DNA from: an uncultured Nitrososphaerota archaeon
Lineage (GTDB): Archaea > Thermoproteota > Nitrososphaeria > Nitrososphaerales > Gagatemarchaeaceae
Length of the DNA: 64,000 nucleotides
Direction of reading: 5' to 3'
Assembly (NCBI GenBank): GCA_963838925.1
Contig: CAWISW010000003.1
Location: 160,001 to 224,000 of the forward strand
Position 1 is the stretch's first letter. Each line of letters begins with the position of its first letter. The notes beneath the pieces are model-generated. The model saw only the letters and a program-made list of their open reading frames with translations, had not been told where the DNA came from and did no database searches. The position numbers and the translations under genes were made by a program. Shown piece after piece: positions 19,323-28,911 of this stretch.

Positions 19323-20489
19323 CTACTGGACACGCCCCTCCCTGTTAACCCTCTGGACATGGGCGGCGTTCTGAATCAAAGTCCGCCATTTGTCGTCTCC
19401 CTCGATGGTGATTCCAGCGGCCTCGGCGGGAGTCTTGCCCTTCAATCCCTCGTGCGGCCTGACATAGTTGTGGAATATCTGGAATCCCGCGAGGATGGGG
19501 GAATCGGGATTCTTGAGGCCCCGCATCACACGCTCGCGGTCTCTGACTTCGCCGTTCTGTCGCTCCATCTTGTTGTTGTGGACGCTCCCCGCCATGCGAA
19601 TCTCCCTAACGTGGACGGCGCTCTCGCTCTCACCGTAGGGGTTGGACGGATTCTTGAACTCGTTGTAATACGCCTCGTGGAAGTTGTTGGCCCCGTCCGA
19701 GATGAGGGTCTTGGGAATCTTCCCCGCTACGGCCTTTGCCTCCCTGAACATCGGGGTAACGTCGTCCGTCCCCTTGTGTTCGGAGACCATCTGGGAAATC
19801 CTGAATCGTGTCTCGTCGTCCATCATGGCGAAGAGATACTTCATGTTGCCCGAGAACTTCACATACATCTCGTCGGTTCTCCATGTGTCGCCTACGTTGG
19901 GCGTGAAGTCCTTGAGGTATTCTTGCATCAGGCCGACATACTTTGTTATCCAGTTGTAGACGGTAACATGCGAGACCTTCACCCCCTGCATTCTGAGAAA
20001 CTTCTGGACGTTGCGGAAGGACTCACCAGTGAAATACAACTGCATGGCGCTCGTTATCGCTCGGGGGTTCGCTCCCATGCGCTCAAAGCCGAGGTTCATC
20101 GTGAACCTCTTGCCGCAATCTCGGCAAGAATACCGCTGGAGGTCTCCGCTCTTGTTGTGGAGAATCCCATGCTTCACTATGGAGGCCGAGCCGCATGATA
20201 GGCAACTCTGGTAGTCCAGCGGCACGATTCTCTTGGCGCTCTCTATTCGCCGCCGAATCTCAAGCGAGAGTTCGACGCCGAAGATGTGCTTACACTTCTG
20301 CTCACGATATACGAAGTCAGGGCAAGAGCATTTCCAGCCCGCCTCGGTCGAGAGGACGGTATACTCTCCCGAGCCTGATTGAGACCTTACGCGGTATTCG
20401 TTCTCGTCCAGCCTTCTCACGTTGCTCTCGACTTCTGCGATTGCTTGGCCTCGGGCCTTGCGGACTTCGACTTCTTGTTGGGTCGCCAT
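19323..20489 (-). CDS. IS6-family DDE transposase with N-terminal SWIM and Zn-ribbon
   Basis: CSCPD...CKH, CxxC, VSHVTVYNW, WRTDEMYVK, LISDG, NNKMER, HNYVRPH. Confidence 0.9.
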   Translation of the reverse strand: MATQQEVEVRKARGQAIAEVESNVRRLDENEYRVRSQSGSGEYTVLSTEAGWKCSCPDFVYREQKCKHIFGVELSLEIRRRIESAKRIVPLDYQSCLSCGSASIVKHGILHNKSGDLQRYSCRDCGKRFTMNLGFERMGANPRAITSAMQLYFTGESFRNVQKFLRMQGVKVSHVTVYNWITKYVGLMQEYLKDFTPNVGDTWRTDEMYVKFSGNMKYLFAMMDDETRFRISQMVSEHKGTDDVTPMFREAKAVAGKIPKTLISDGANNFHEAYYNEFKNPSNPYGESESAVHVREIRMAGSVHNNKMERQNGEVRDRERVMRGLKNPDSPILAGFQIFHNYVRPHEGLKGKTPAEAAGITIEGDDKWRTLIQNAAHVQRVNREGRVQ

Positions 20490-20555
20490 ATTCCAATCCC
20501 TACCAATGGGTATACACGGTAAGGTATATATGGATTGCTATTGGTAGGTATTGGT

Positions 20556-20699
20556 ATGATGCAGAAAATCATGGTGAGCATGAGCGACGAAATGGTGAAG
20601 GCCCTCGAATCCGAGCGGAAGGCGAGGAAGGCGGACAGCATACCAGAGACGGTGAGGGCGGTTCTGGGGGAATACTTCAAGACAAAGGCAAGCGGGTAA
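20556..20699 (+). CDS. Ribbon-helix-helix (CopG-like) protein, 47 aa, divergent from the transposase
   Basis: Hand translation MMQKIMVSMSDEMVKALESERKARKADSIPETVRAVLGEYFKTKASG. Confidence 0.7.
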   Translation: MMQKIMVSMSDEMVKALESERKARKADSIPETVRAVLGEYFKTKASG

Positions 20700-20775
20700 T
20701 CTACCGCGTGGGGCGCGTCCTATTCTTCATTGGGCTGGGAGCAATCTGCATCGGTTGGCTCCCGCTCATATCTGG

Positions 20776-21636
20776 TCAGGGCCCCTTCGAAGTTGCTTTG
20801 TTAGTTCCTGCGGGCTTCGTATTGCTCGGCGTGGGCTGGGGGCTCTGTGGCTTCGATTGAGTCTCCTTCTCCTTCGTCAGTTCCAGCGCGATAGAGGTTC
20901 CTTCCAGATACGCAAAGGCGAGGATGGCCCATGTGAGGACGGTCTGAATCTTGGAGTTCTTAGCGTTCTGAATGTCGAGAGAGGATGCTACGGGGAGTAT
21001 CCTATCGGTGTAGCTGTATTGGCTCTCACCCAGAGAAGGTTGCTGGGGATTCGTGAAGTTCATGAAGTCGAGGATGACTGTCGGATAGTATTGCCCCGAA
21101 GCGGGGAAGTAGACGGTCTGGTTGACGCTCTGGTATGGGGATGTGCTGGTGAGGTTTGCTCTCGCCCAGAACATTCCCCAGAGAGTCCCCCCAAAGTCGA
21201 GTTCGTTCTGGGCGATAGGGGCACCGACTGGCAAATCACCATAGAAGCCAAATTGAACCTCTCGGAGATATTCTTTACAATAGTCAGAGACGGGAAGAAT
21301 TCCGCTATAGAGGAACTTAATCGGGGTTCCTTGCGCGAGAGTCCCGTTCCACTCTATCTTGATGGAGAGAAACACGCAGGTTTCGTTCGCCGCAAAGGGG
21401 TTATTGATTTGGCTCACGGTAATGTTCGCCGCAGGGGGGTCGTTGACCTGTCTTACGGCAATCGGGGACGCGGAGTTCGGAGGATAGTCAAGGAAGAAAG
21501 GCAAAATCTGCGGCTGTGGGGCTGGGTTCATAACTCCATAGTAGTCGAGTTGAACGGACAAGGCATAGACGAGACTCGAAGGAATGAGGAGGAAGAGGAG
21601 GGCTATTGCAATCCAGCGGGACGCTTTCAACGTCAA
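20776..21636 (-). CDS. Passenger surface protein with N- and C-terminal TM helices
   Basis: Signal-like N-terminus, TM near C-terminus; lies inside the TIRs. Confidence 0.6.
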   Translation of the reverse strand: MTLKASRWIAIALLFLLIPSSLVYALSVQLDYYGVMNPAPQPQILPFFLDYPPNSASPIAVRQVNDPPAANITVSQINNPFAANETCVFLSIKIEWNGTLAQGTPIKFLYSGILPVSDYCKEYLREVQFGFYGDLPVGAPIAQNELDFGGTLWGMFWARANLTSTSPYQSVNQTVYFPASGQYYPTVILDFMNFTNPQQPSLGESQYSYTDRILPVASSLDIQNAKNSKIQTVLTWAILAFAYLEGTSIALELTKEKETQSKPQSPQPTPSNTKPAGTNKATSKGP

Positions 21637-21774
21637 CGAGCTTTGTCCAGCCTCTTAACAGGGTTGCGCGTGTCCAGAGGATTGAACAGAACCAGCATAA
21701 CCTACCCACAGAAGGCTTTTATGTAGCGCCGTTCTTTCGGGTCACTACCAACTGCTCGCCTTCGTAGCAGTCGG

Positions 21775-22668
21775 ATGCTAAATTCCAGAAATCTGACGCC
21801 GTCGAAGGACAATGTTTCGGATGCCCGGAGCGGTGAGAGTCGTCTATATCCAATCGAATCAGCGAATTGGCATCTTACGGATCGCTGTAACTACTCCTGC
21901 AAATTCTGCTTCATGAAGGAGCTTCTTGGAGCAGAAGCTGACTTGGCCGGAGGAAGAGAAATCATCGCAGCACTCGCCAAGATGGGAATCACTAAACTGA
22001 ACTTCGTCGGCGGGGAACCATTGCTGCATCCAAATCTGAAAGACTTCGCCGCGATAGCAAGAATCAGTGGTATGACGGTGAGCATCGTCACAAACGCGTC
22101 CCTGCTTTCAAGAGCCAAACTTTTGGATTTAAGGCCGTTTGTCGACTGGATTGGGGTATCCATCGACTCCAGCCGAGAGGTCGTGGAATCTGCTCTCGGC
22201 AGAGGTCACGGGAACCACGTAGAGAATGCAGTCCGAGTTTGCCGCTCGATCAAGAGAGAGGGAATCAAGCTAAAAATCAACACGGTTGTTACCAAACTGA
22301 ATTTCGAGGAGGATATGTGCCCTCTGATTGCTGAACTAAGCCCACTTAGGTGGAAGGTTTTCCAAATGTTGGTAATAACGGGTCAAAATGAGGAACACAT
22401 GGGCAGACTAGCACCATCTAGTCAAGAATTTGAAATATTCAAACGAATTAACCGTGAAGTCAAATTGGAATCGGGTCAACTTCCAACCTTTGAGACGAGC
22501 GACGATATGGTCGATTCGTATCTCATATTGGCACCGGATGGAAGTATAATCCAGAATAGTAACCACCGATATAGGTTCATTCCACTGCAAACAGTTGTCA
22601 ACTCCGGACTCTCAGGAATCGTCAGCCAGAAGGCGTATCAAGCCCGTGGTGCGAGATATGAATGGTAG
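21775..22668 (+). CDS. Prokaryotic viperin (pVip)-like radical SAM antiviral protein
   Basis: SANWHLTDRCNYSCKFC, NFVGGEP, SIVTN, KINTVV, RWKVFQ, MVDSY, C-terminal RGARYEW. Confidence 0.9.
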   Translation: MLNSRNLTPSKDNVSDARSGESRLYPIESANWHLTDRCNYSCKFCFMKELLGAEADLAGGREIIAALAKMGITKLNFVGGEPLLHPNLKDFAAIARISGMTVSIVTNASLLSRAKLLDLRPFVDWIGVSIDSSREVVESALGRGHGNHVENAVRVCRSIKREGIKLKINTVVTKLNFEEDMCPLIAELSPLRWKVFQMLVITGQNEEHMGRLAPSSQEFEIFKRINREVKLESGQLPTFETSDDMVDSYLILAPDGSIIQNSNHRYRFIPLQTVVNSGLSGIVSQKAYQARGARYEW

Positions 22669-22738
22669 CCACTTTGAAAAGGGGCGCACTGAGTTGGCCA
22701 TCCAAGGTCAACAGGCTGAGTTCTAGCGGAGGCGACTG

Positions 22739-25438
22739 ATGATGCCATTCAAGATGTATGTCTGCGGAGAGCTCCAATTCCCCCGAGAGAAGCGTCACAT
22801 GAATGTCATGCTAAAGAATCTTAGTGACAAGTACAAGGACTCTCCCAATGACTGCACTGTGTTCATAGCCGGGACAATTCTGCTTCAACTCGACGACGGT
22901 ACTCGCGTTCAGCAGGAAGTCGACGTGATCGTTCTGAAGGACAACCGAATAATAATCCTTGAACTCAAGAACATTTCAGGCGACATTATAGCCGACTGTT
23001 CCTACTACTCCCCCTGGCTAGCCGACGGAATGGCTTTCATTATGAAGGAGAAGACCGTCAACCCCTATGTTCAGGTGCGAAGAGAAAGAAGCGTCTTAAA
23101 TCAATACCTTTCTGGTTACATTCTCCAAAGTCTCATTGAGAAGGAACGAATGAGATCCAGAGAGGAAGAAGAGAGAGTCAGGGTAGTGATTGGCAGAAAG
23201 ATTTCGGCATGGGTTGTGACTAACGCCCCCTCTAGGATAAGCGTCGTCAATCTGCCTCCTGAGGGGTACAGCTGGTTCAATGCAATACCGGTGAATCAGG
23301 TTGCAGACGCTCTCATGATTGAGGGGGAAAGTGATGGTCTTCTTACTCAGAATCAACTGGAGTATTTTGCGACCAGCCTCAGAGCACGACCTTGCACCCT
23401 ATCGGACTGGTTAATGAGAGCTCCCCAGCGAGAGGAGACCCGAAAGAAGGGCTATTCGAGGCTAGGCGTTGTGGACAGCCTCTTCGAATTGGGGCGAGAT
23501 GAAGAAGCTATGAGTGCGCTTCGTTACGTCAGGGAACTTAGGCTTTATGCGTACTTGAACGAAGTAGGAACTTGCTTTCATTTCCAAAGTCCCCAGATAA
23601 GAAAATTGGCTCTGATTATCCTGATCGAATGGAGCGTAGAAGGTCTAGGAAGCCTCCTCAGCGAAGCTCTTGTGGACGATGATGCGGCTGTGAGGTCGCT
23701 GTCCCTCTCTTGGTTGAAGGACGTGAGCTACCCGGAGGCCTTCGACGCCCTGTGCGAGATTGTGAAAAGAGGTTATTCTTCCGACTTCGAAGCCGCGCTC
23801 AGGGCTATTGAAATCTCCAGAGCGGGAAAGGAGTGCGATTTCGTATTCAACCTAGCGCAGGAGAAGATATGGGGATCGCCGTTTGCGAATTACACGAGGC
23901 TCAGAGCACTCGAGACCAAGCAGCGAGAATACCGCTGGGCCGTGTATGACAAGAAGGATGAATCTGCCCAGAAGCTGGTCGAGGAGTACGAAAGACTCGA
24001 AGCTGACTTTGGATCTTATCTGAAATTATTCGGTTTGCTCTGCGGGACGCTCGGAAGACTACGGTGCAGTCGCGCAGTTCCCGCGTTGATAGAAACAATG
24101 AGAACTCCAGAAAAACTTGGGTTGGCCGGCGTGCCATGGAACAAGCCAACTTGGGAGCAGGAGGATTCGAGTTTCGATTATTACGGAATATTCAGTATAG
24201 TGGTTTCAGCGCTAGGGGAGATAGGCAACCACGATGCAACCAAGCCGCTCATAGAATGCCTTCATGATGCCCCTGAAGACTGGCAGGCTGCGACCATTGA
24301 TGCGCTCGGAGTCCTGCGTGACGGCGAAGCTGTGAATGATATCAAGGTCTTCCTGTCAAGCGAGATTCATGGCAGGAGAGAGACCGCATTCAGAGCGCTT
24401 TCCGTCATTGGCACCGATGAAGCATATCGGGCAATGATGGACTATTACCTCGGCGCCCTAAGCGATCCCAATGAGGAAAGAAGGCACGAGGTCTACAGTA
24501 TGGAGCACCAGCTGGAACTGAACAACAGAAGCAAGTTTGAGGAATCGATCATCAACCTGCTACGGGACAAAGGATTCCCTGGCCATGAGAAGGGTTTCTT
24601 GAACGCCCTGGGTTCGATTGCCACGACGAAATCAATCGATTCTTTGTTCTCCTTCAGCTCGGACCCAGATAATTACGAGCAGGCTGGGTCCATCCTCTCG
24701 CGAGTCTTGACGCCAGAGGCGAGCGACAGGGCGAGAGCGCTCCTGGCCTCTCAGAACCCGATCGAAGTCGCCTTCGCCATCTACGCCCTATGGACGCGCT
24801 CCAGCGAGGGCTACGTCAAGCTTCAGGACTTCGAGTCGAGTCCGAGTGCCGACGTAAGGAGGGCTGTTGCCTACATGTACTATCGGCGAAAAGATAGGAT
24901 GAGACTGAGGCGGTTTGCGAACGATGAGGACAATGAAGTGAAGTACGCGGTTTTCAGTACTTTTCGCGACGCTGGCAAGGCAACTCTCGAGCGCAATCTG
25001 ACCGCGACATCTGAGCAGTGCAGGAGAGGATACCTCGTGCGCACCGAGGAAGCTCTTGTTATCACTCAGGGGAATCAGATAACAATTGCTTCTCCAGAAG
25101 ATATTCGAGTCGTTTTGGTTACCAAACATGTGGATGAGATCGGTCTGTACCTTGTAGTTCAACAAGGTGTCTTGTACAGGAGTTTCCTTGTAGCGCCTTC
25201 CAGAGAGGATTCCAGAGATGACGATGTGAATGCGAAGAGAACTGAGGACTTCTACTACGCTGTCTTGGACCTCACGAGGCGGACATTTTGGCAAGAGCCT
25301 GAGGTTGAAGAGCAAAGAGCAATCTCAAGAATGTGGGACAGAATAATGGAAAAAAGAAAGTCTCGAGCTGCTTCCGAGGCAGCAAGAAATCGAGACGAGA
25401 CTTCCGATGATGAGCAGAGAGAGGAAGGTTTTCTTTGA
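22739..25438 (+). CDS. NERD nuclease + HEAT-repeat protein
   Basis: EVDVIVL...ILELKN, NPYVQV; repeated ALGEIG/ALGVL/AVPALI helices. Confidence 0.75.
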   Translation: MMPFKMYVCGELQFPREKRHMNVMLKNLSDKYKDSPNDCTVFIAGTILLQLDDGTRVQQEVDVIVLKDNRIIILELKNISGDIIADCSYYSPWLADGMAFIMKEKTVNPYVQVRRERSVLNQYLSGYILQSLIEKERMRSREEEERVRVVIGRKISAWVVTNAPSRISVVNLPPEGYSWFNAIPVNQVADALMIEGESDGLLTQNQLEYFATSLRARPCTLSDWLMRAPQREETRKKGYSRLGVVDSLFELGRDEEAMSALRYVRELRLYAYLNEVGTCFHFQSPQIRKLALIILIEWSVEGLGSLLSEALVDDDAAVRSLSLSWLKDVSYPEAFDALCEIVKRGYSSDFEAALRAIEISRAGKECDFVFNLAQEKIWGSPFANYTRLRALETKQREYRWAVYDKKDESAQKLVEEYERLEADFGSYLKLFGLLCGTLGRLRCSRAVPALIETMRTPEKLGLAGVPWNKPTWEQEDSSFDYYGIFSIVVSALGEIGNHDATKPLIECLHDAPEDWQAATIDALGVLRDGEAVNDIKVFLSSEIHGRRETAFRALSVIGTDEAYRAMMDYYLGALSDPNEERRHEVYSMEHQLELNNRSKFEESIINLLRDKGFPGHEKGFLNALGSIATTKSIDSLFSFSSDPDNYEQAGSILSRVLTPEASDRARALLASQNPIEVAFAIYALWTRSSEGYVKLQDFESSPSADVRRAVAYMYYRRKDRMRLRRFANDEDNEVKYAVFSTFRDAGKATLERNLTATSEQCRRGYLVRTEEALVITQGNQITIASPEDIRVVLVTKHVDEIGLYLVVQQGVLYRSFLVAPSREDSRDDDVNAKRTEDFYYAVLDLTRRTFWQEPEVEEQRAISRMWDRIMEKRKSRAASEAARNRDETSDDEQREEGFL

Positions 25439-25467
25439 CAATTCAAGATCTTTTCAAACAGAATTAC

Positions 25468-25590
25468 TTCGTTGCGCCTCCGCCGGGGCATTTCACTCAC
25501 ACGTTGAGCTATAGGTAGTGGACGGGCTGAACTAGTCGCCCGAAGGCTTCTAGCGTACACCCCCACCCCTTCAACGCGATCTTACGCCGC
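25468..25590 (-). repeat. 23S 3'-end repeat copy 6 (longest reach into mature 23S)
   Basis: Near-identical to native 43875-43990 through caacgcgatctt. Confidence 0.95.
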
Positions 25591-25617
25591 GCAGGGTCAA
25601 GTCCCCTGGGGAGGCCC

Positions 25618-26523
25618 CTACGAGTAGCGTTTGAACTCCCGTAGGTATCGCCTGAAGAACCAGCTCGTAAAGACGCGCTCTTCCTTGCCGAGCTGCGAGC
25701 GCTCGAGCGCGTTGTAGTACGCGCCTCTGTTCTTGTACTCGATGTTGAGCATGGGATAGCCGGACTTGTGCAAGGCGAAGTTCATCATCAGCCTGCTGAC
25801 CCTGCCGTTCCCATCCCCGAACGGATGGATCGTCACAAACTTGAGGTGGACGAGCGCTGCCAGCTCCACCGGATGGATCCTCGCCTTGTCCCGGTCATAC
25901 CACCTGAAGAAATCGGCGAGCATTGGTTGCAGCTCGACCGGAGATGGAGGGACGTACCTGCTCCCCGCGATCCCGACTCCGCTCTTCCGGACACGTCCCG
26001 CTATATCGGGCTTGGTGTTCTTGAAGAGCCCCCAGTGCCAGCCAAGCACGAGCTGGAGCGAGAGGCTCTTGGTGGACCCGAGCATCTCGAAGAACACCCT
26101 TTGGTGCGCCTCTGCCTCCTTGACGTCTTCGACGGGCTTCCCGCCGGGGCTAATTCCCTCCTCCAACAGCTGCGCGGTCTCTCTGAGGCTCAGCGTCGAG
26201 CCCTCGATCCTCTGGGTGTCGTAAGTGAATTTGACCGAGAAAGTCCGCAGCTCCTTCTTTCTCGTCGACTCTGGATATGTCCGTAGCGCAGCGCGGTAGT
26301 TCTTCTTTATGCCGTCAAACTTGTCGAACCACTTCTCCTTGTCGAGTTCGAACACAAACCGCCTTTTGATCTCGTCGATGTCTTTCGGTATCGCTCTTCC
26401 CAGGTACTTTGACTTTTGGCTGAATCGGTCCTTGTCTCTGATCGTGTGCTCCAAGTAGTAGTACGTGACTCCCTTTACTCTCCGCTTCACTATGGTGGTC
26501 ACGGGACTGTTTATTATCAACAC
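25618..26523 (-). CDS. Fic-domain protein
   Basis: IEGSTL, HPFGDGNGRVSR. Confidence 0.92.
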   Translation of the reverse strand: MLIINSPVTTIVKRRVKGVTYYYLEHTIRDKDRFSQKSKYLGRAIPKDIDEIKRRFVFELDKEKWFDKFDGIKKNYRAALRTYPESTRKKELRTFSVKFTYDTQRIEGSTLSLRETAQLLEEGISPGGKPVEDVKEAEAHQRVFFEMLGSTKSLSLQLVLGWHWGLFKNTKPDIAGRVRKSGVGIAGSRYVPPSPVELQPMLADFFRWYDRDKARIHPVELAALVHLKFVTIHPFGDGNGRVSRLMMNFALHKSGYPMLNIEYKNRGAYYNALERSQLGKEERVFTSWFFRRYLREFKRYS

Positions 26524-26589
26524 ATATTGATAAGCTTTTACATTATGTATGCAATGTGCTGATAACTACGCGCGCTGAAAGGAGTGCTG

Positions 26590-26673
26590 CAAGGGTTCAT
26601 TGCGCCTCCGCCGGGGCATTTCACTCACACGTTGAGCTATAGGTAGTGGACGGGCTGAACTAGTCGCCCGAAG
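26590..26673 (-). repeat. 23S 3'-end repeat copy 7
   Basis: agggttcattgcgcc...ctagtcgcccgaag. Confidence 0.95.
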
Positions 26674-26678
26674 CGGTC

Positions 26679-26945
26679 TCATCTCGTCCGGTAGACGCGG
26701 TCGTGGTGCTCATAGTCCTCCAGTACCACAGTCTTCCTTGCCTCGTCGATCGAGAACATCAGGACGTAGTTGCCGATGTGGACCCGCCTCTTGCCCGTGA
26801 GAGGAAAGCGGAGGGGCTTGTACGCGTGCGGGTCAGCGACTATCTCCTCGATCTTCTTCGCTATCGCTTCCATCTGCTTGCTGTCTTTCTTGGCTAGCTT
26901 CTTGAACGCCCTGTCCAGGTGCTCCCTGATTTCGACTTCATACAT
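26679..26945 (-). CDS. RelE/ParE-family toxin
   Basis: AFKKL, YKPLRFPLTGKRRVHIG, HHDRVY. Confidence 0.85.
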   Translation of the reverse strand: MYEVEIREHLDRAFKKLAKKDSKQMEAIAKKIEEIVADPHAYKPLRFPLTGKRRVHIGNYVLMFSIDEARKTVVLEDYEHHDRVYRTR

Positions 26946-27188
26946 TCACTTCAATCCGTACCTCTTCCGTAGTTCCCCAGCAGTCCCGACCCTGATTATC
27001 CGCTCCTTCTGGATCTCCATGAGCCTCCGTATGTACTCCGGCCTGAACTCGGATTCCAGGACGATCTTCCTGTACTCCTTGGCCAGCTTGTTGATGGCCT
27101 GGGACTTGTCCCTCAAGCCAAATTGTGCCTTGAGGATGTTGATGACCTTGTTGGCCTCTTCGTCGATGTCCACAATAGCCTTGACCAT
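26946..27188 (-). CDS. Antitoxin (DUF2683-like)
   Basis: ANKVINILKAQFGLRDKSQAI, EFRPEY; directly upstream of the toxin. Confidence 0.75.
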   Translation of the reverse strand: MVKAIVDIDEEANKVINILKAQFGLRDKSQAINKLAKEYRKIVLESEFRPEYIRRLMEIQKERIIRVGTAGELRKRYGLK

Positions 27189-27226
27189 ATTAACATGGTA
27201 TTAATACGCCAATATTAAGCGTTGGG

Positions 27227-27267
27227 ATTCGCAGTGCATAGGGGTTCGCGCCTCCGCCGGGGCATTT
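27227..27267 (-). repeat. 23S trailer repeat copy 8 (3-nt bulge missing)
   Basis: attcgcagtgcataggggttc-gcgcctccgccggggcattt. Confidence 0.85.
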
Positions 27268-27313
27268 TCTCAATTGCATGACCAACCTCGGATTAGTCTG
27301 AACCGTCTAAGCA

Positions 27314-28555
27314 ATGCTCAAATCAAGACGCCGCCGAGACTCCGATATGGATGAAGATTGGAAGGTCGCCAAGGGCACTGCCCTTGAAGACATTGTCGCT
27401 GAACTGCTACGAGGTTGGGGTTTTGACACCCAGACTCGAGTTCGAGCAAAGGACAAGTCGGAAGTCGAACACGAGATTGACGTCCTAGGGAAGAAACATG
27501 AGGCGTTCGGCGAGGTTATTTTGGCTGTCGAGTGCAAGAATCACTCCACACCAATCGACATAAAGGAAATCCGCAATTTCAGGGACAAGCTCAATTCATT
27601 GGGGTACACCAAGGGGCTATTCATTTCCAACAAGGGCTTCACTCCGCCTGCCCTGCAATATGCCAAGAGTGTAGGGATAGAGACCTGGGACGGGACCCAA
27701 CTTGACGCAAACATAGGCAAATCGAACACACAAGCGAATACAATTCCAGACGCGATCGAGCCATCTGCTAACTTCGAGGAGAGAATGATTCCCCACCTAG
27801 AGAACTCGTCCAAACTCAAAGTCTCAGATTTGATTGTTCAATATTCGCCTTACTACTTTTTGACTTACCATTGCTTTACCCAACAATGGGTCAACTATCA
27901 ATTGACCAACCTTGAGAGCAAGGGCCTTGTCGTCGTAGATGGCACAACAGGAGCGATGGCAGACTACTCAGTGGAGTCAGGTGTTGTCGGATCAATTACT
28001 CAGACTGGGAACTTCGCGAGCTGCGACTCGTCTCCGGTTCACGACATTGCCGAACAAGAGTTGAAGAGACGATTCCAAGAGGTCAAAATCACCAAAGCGC
28101 GAATCAAGGAGTCCGAGGTGAGACAGATGGTTCAACTGGAGCTTGCGAAGAGCATCTGGCAGACTTACTCCTACCAAACCGGAAAAGGGAGTTACGTCAG
28201 AGACGAGACCAAGACAATCAGGCCTAAGGTCTCTGAAGTCGGAATAACGTCGGCAAGGCTTGCCAATGTGCCCGTAGTGACTCTCACGCTCGGATACGGC
28301 GGCCGGAAATACACCAGGACGATTCAAGCGGGGACAATAAGGATGATAACAGATGACTTTTGGTTCTGCAATGTCGACCCTACGGACAGGAAACGCCCAA
28401 AACTACTTTGTGACGAGTGCGGGAGTCTGGCATGTGAAGATCATGGCCGGCCTTGCTTTTCCTGCGGAAGGCAGCTTTGTATCGACCACATCATCTCGAA
28501 AGGCCTCCTCCAGAAGAAATTCTATTGCAAGGATCACGTTCCTAGAAAGGTCTAA
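27314..28555 (+). CDS. Mrr-like restriction endonuclease with C-terminal Zn-finger
   Basis: KGTALE, HEIDV, AVECKN, GFTPPA; C-terminal CDECG...C..H..CFSCG...CIDH...C..H. Confidence 0.8.
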   Translation: MLKSRRRRDSDMDEDWKVAKGTALEDIVAELLRGWGFDTQTRVRAKDKSEVEHEIDVLGKKHEAFGEVILAVECKNHSTPIDIKEIRNFRDKLNSLGYTKGLFISNKGFTPPALQYAKSVGIETWDGTQLDANIGKSNTQANTIPDAIEPSANFEERMIPHLENSSKLKVSDLIVQYSPYYFLTYHCFTQQWVNYQLTNLESKGLVVVDGTTGAMADYSVESGVVGSITQTGNFASCDSSPVHDIAEQELKRRFQEVKITKARIKESEVRQMVQLELAKSIWQTYSYQTGKGSYVRDETKTIRPKVSEVGITSARLANVPVVTLTLGYGGRKYTRTIQAGTIRMITDDFWFCNVDPTDRKRPKLLCDECGSLACEDHGRPCFSCGRQLCIDHIISKGLLQKKFYCKDHVPRKV

Positions 28556-28571
28556 GGTTCTCATCGCCGAA

Positions 28572-28684
28572 GTGTGCGAGTTCCGCTAAGCTTTGTCTAA
28601 AATGAAAGTACGCAAGGGCTTGTCGCCATGCACAGGGTTCATTGCGCCTCCGCCGGAGCGGTTCACTCGCTCGTTGAGCTATAG
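28572..28684 (-). repeat. 23S 3'-end/trailer repeat copy 9
   Basis: gtgtgcgagttccgctaag...cagggttcattgcgcctccgccgg...gttgagctatag. Confidence 0.95.
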
Positions 28685-28692
28685 CTTAGTAT

Positions 28693-28911
28693 TCAGGAGG
28701 TGATGACTTGCGCTTCGCCCTTCGCCATCGCTTGGACCATCATTGGCACGACCTTGCTGGCGTTGAGGACCTCGAAGAAAAGAGGCTTGCCCTTCGAGTC
28801 CACGTGCATCACCACGTCGCCGACCTCCTCTGCGTGGGACAGCTTCCCCTTCTCCTTGAGAAGCACCAGCAGCACATCGGCATCTGAGTCGTACTTCAGC
28901 TTATAGGCCAT
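28693..28911 (-). CDS. DUF2283-like antitoxin
   Basis: KYDSDADVLLV, G.P..FEVLNASK. Confidence 0.8.
   Translation of the reverse strand: MAYKLKYDSDADVLLVLLKEKGKLSHAEEVGDVVMHVDSKGKPLFFEVLNASKVVPMMVQAMAKGEAQVITS

Larger units (their letters stand above)
19310..21693. mobile_element. IS6-family transposon with passenger genes (2384 bp)
   Basis: ~50-bp imperfect TIRs beginning GGTTCTGTTCAATC at both ends; 8-bp direct repeat AGCATAAC at 19302-19309 and 21694-21701. Confidence 0.9.

Noticed and set aside
19310-21693. IS6 transposase as the mobiliser of the cassettes
   Set aside because: It has its own TIRs and TSD, unrelated to the repeat, and is nested inside one cassette.
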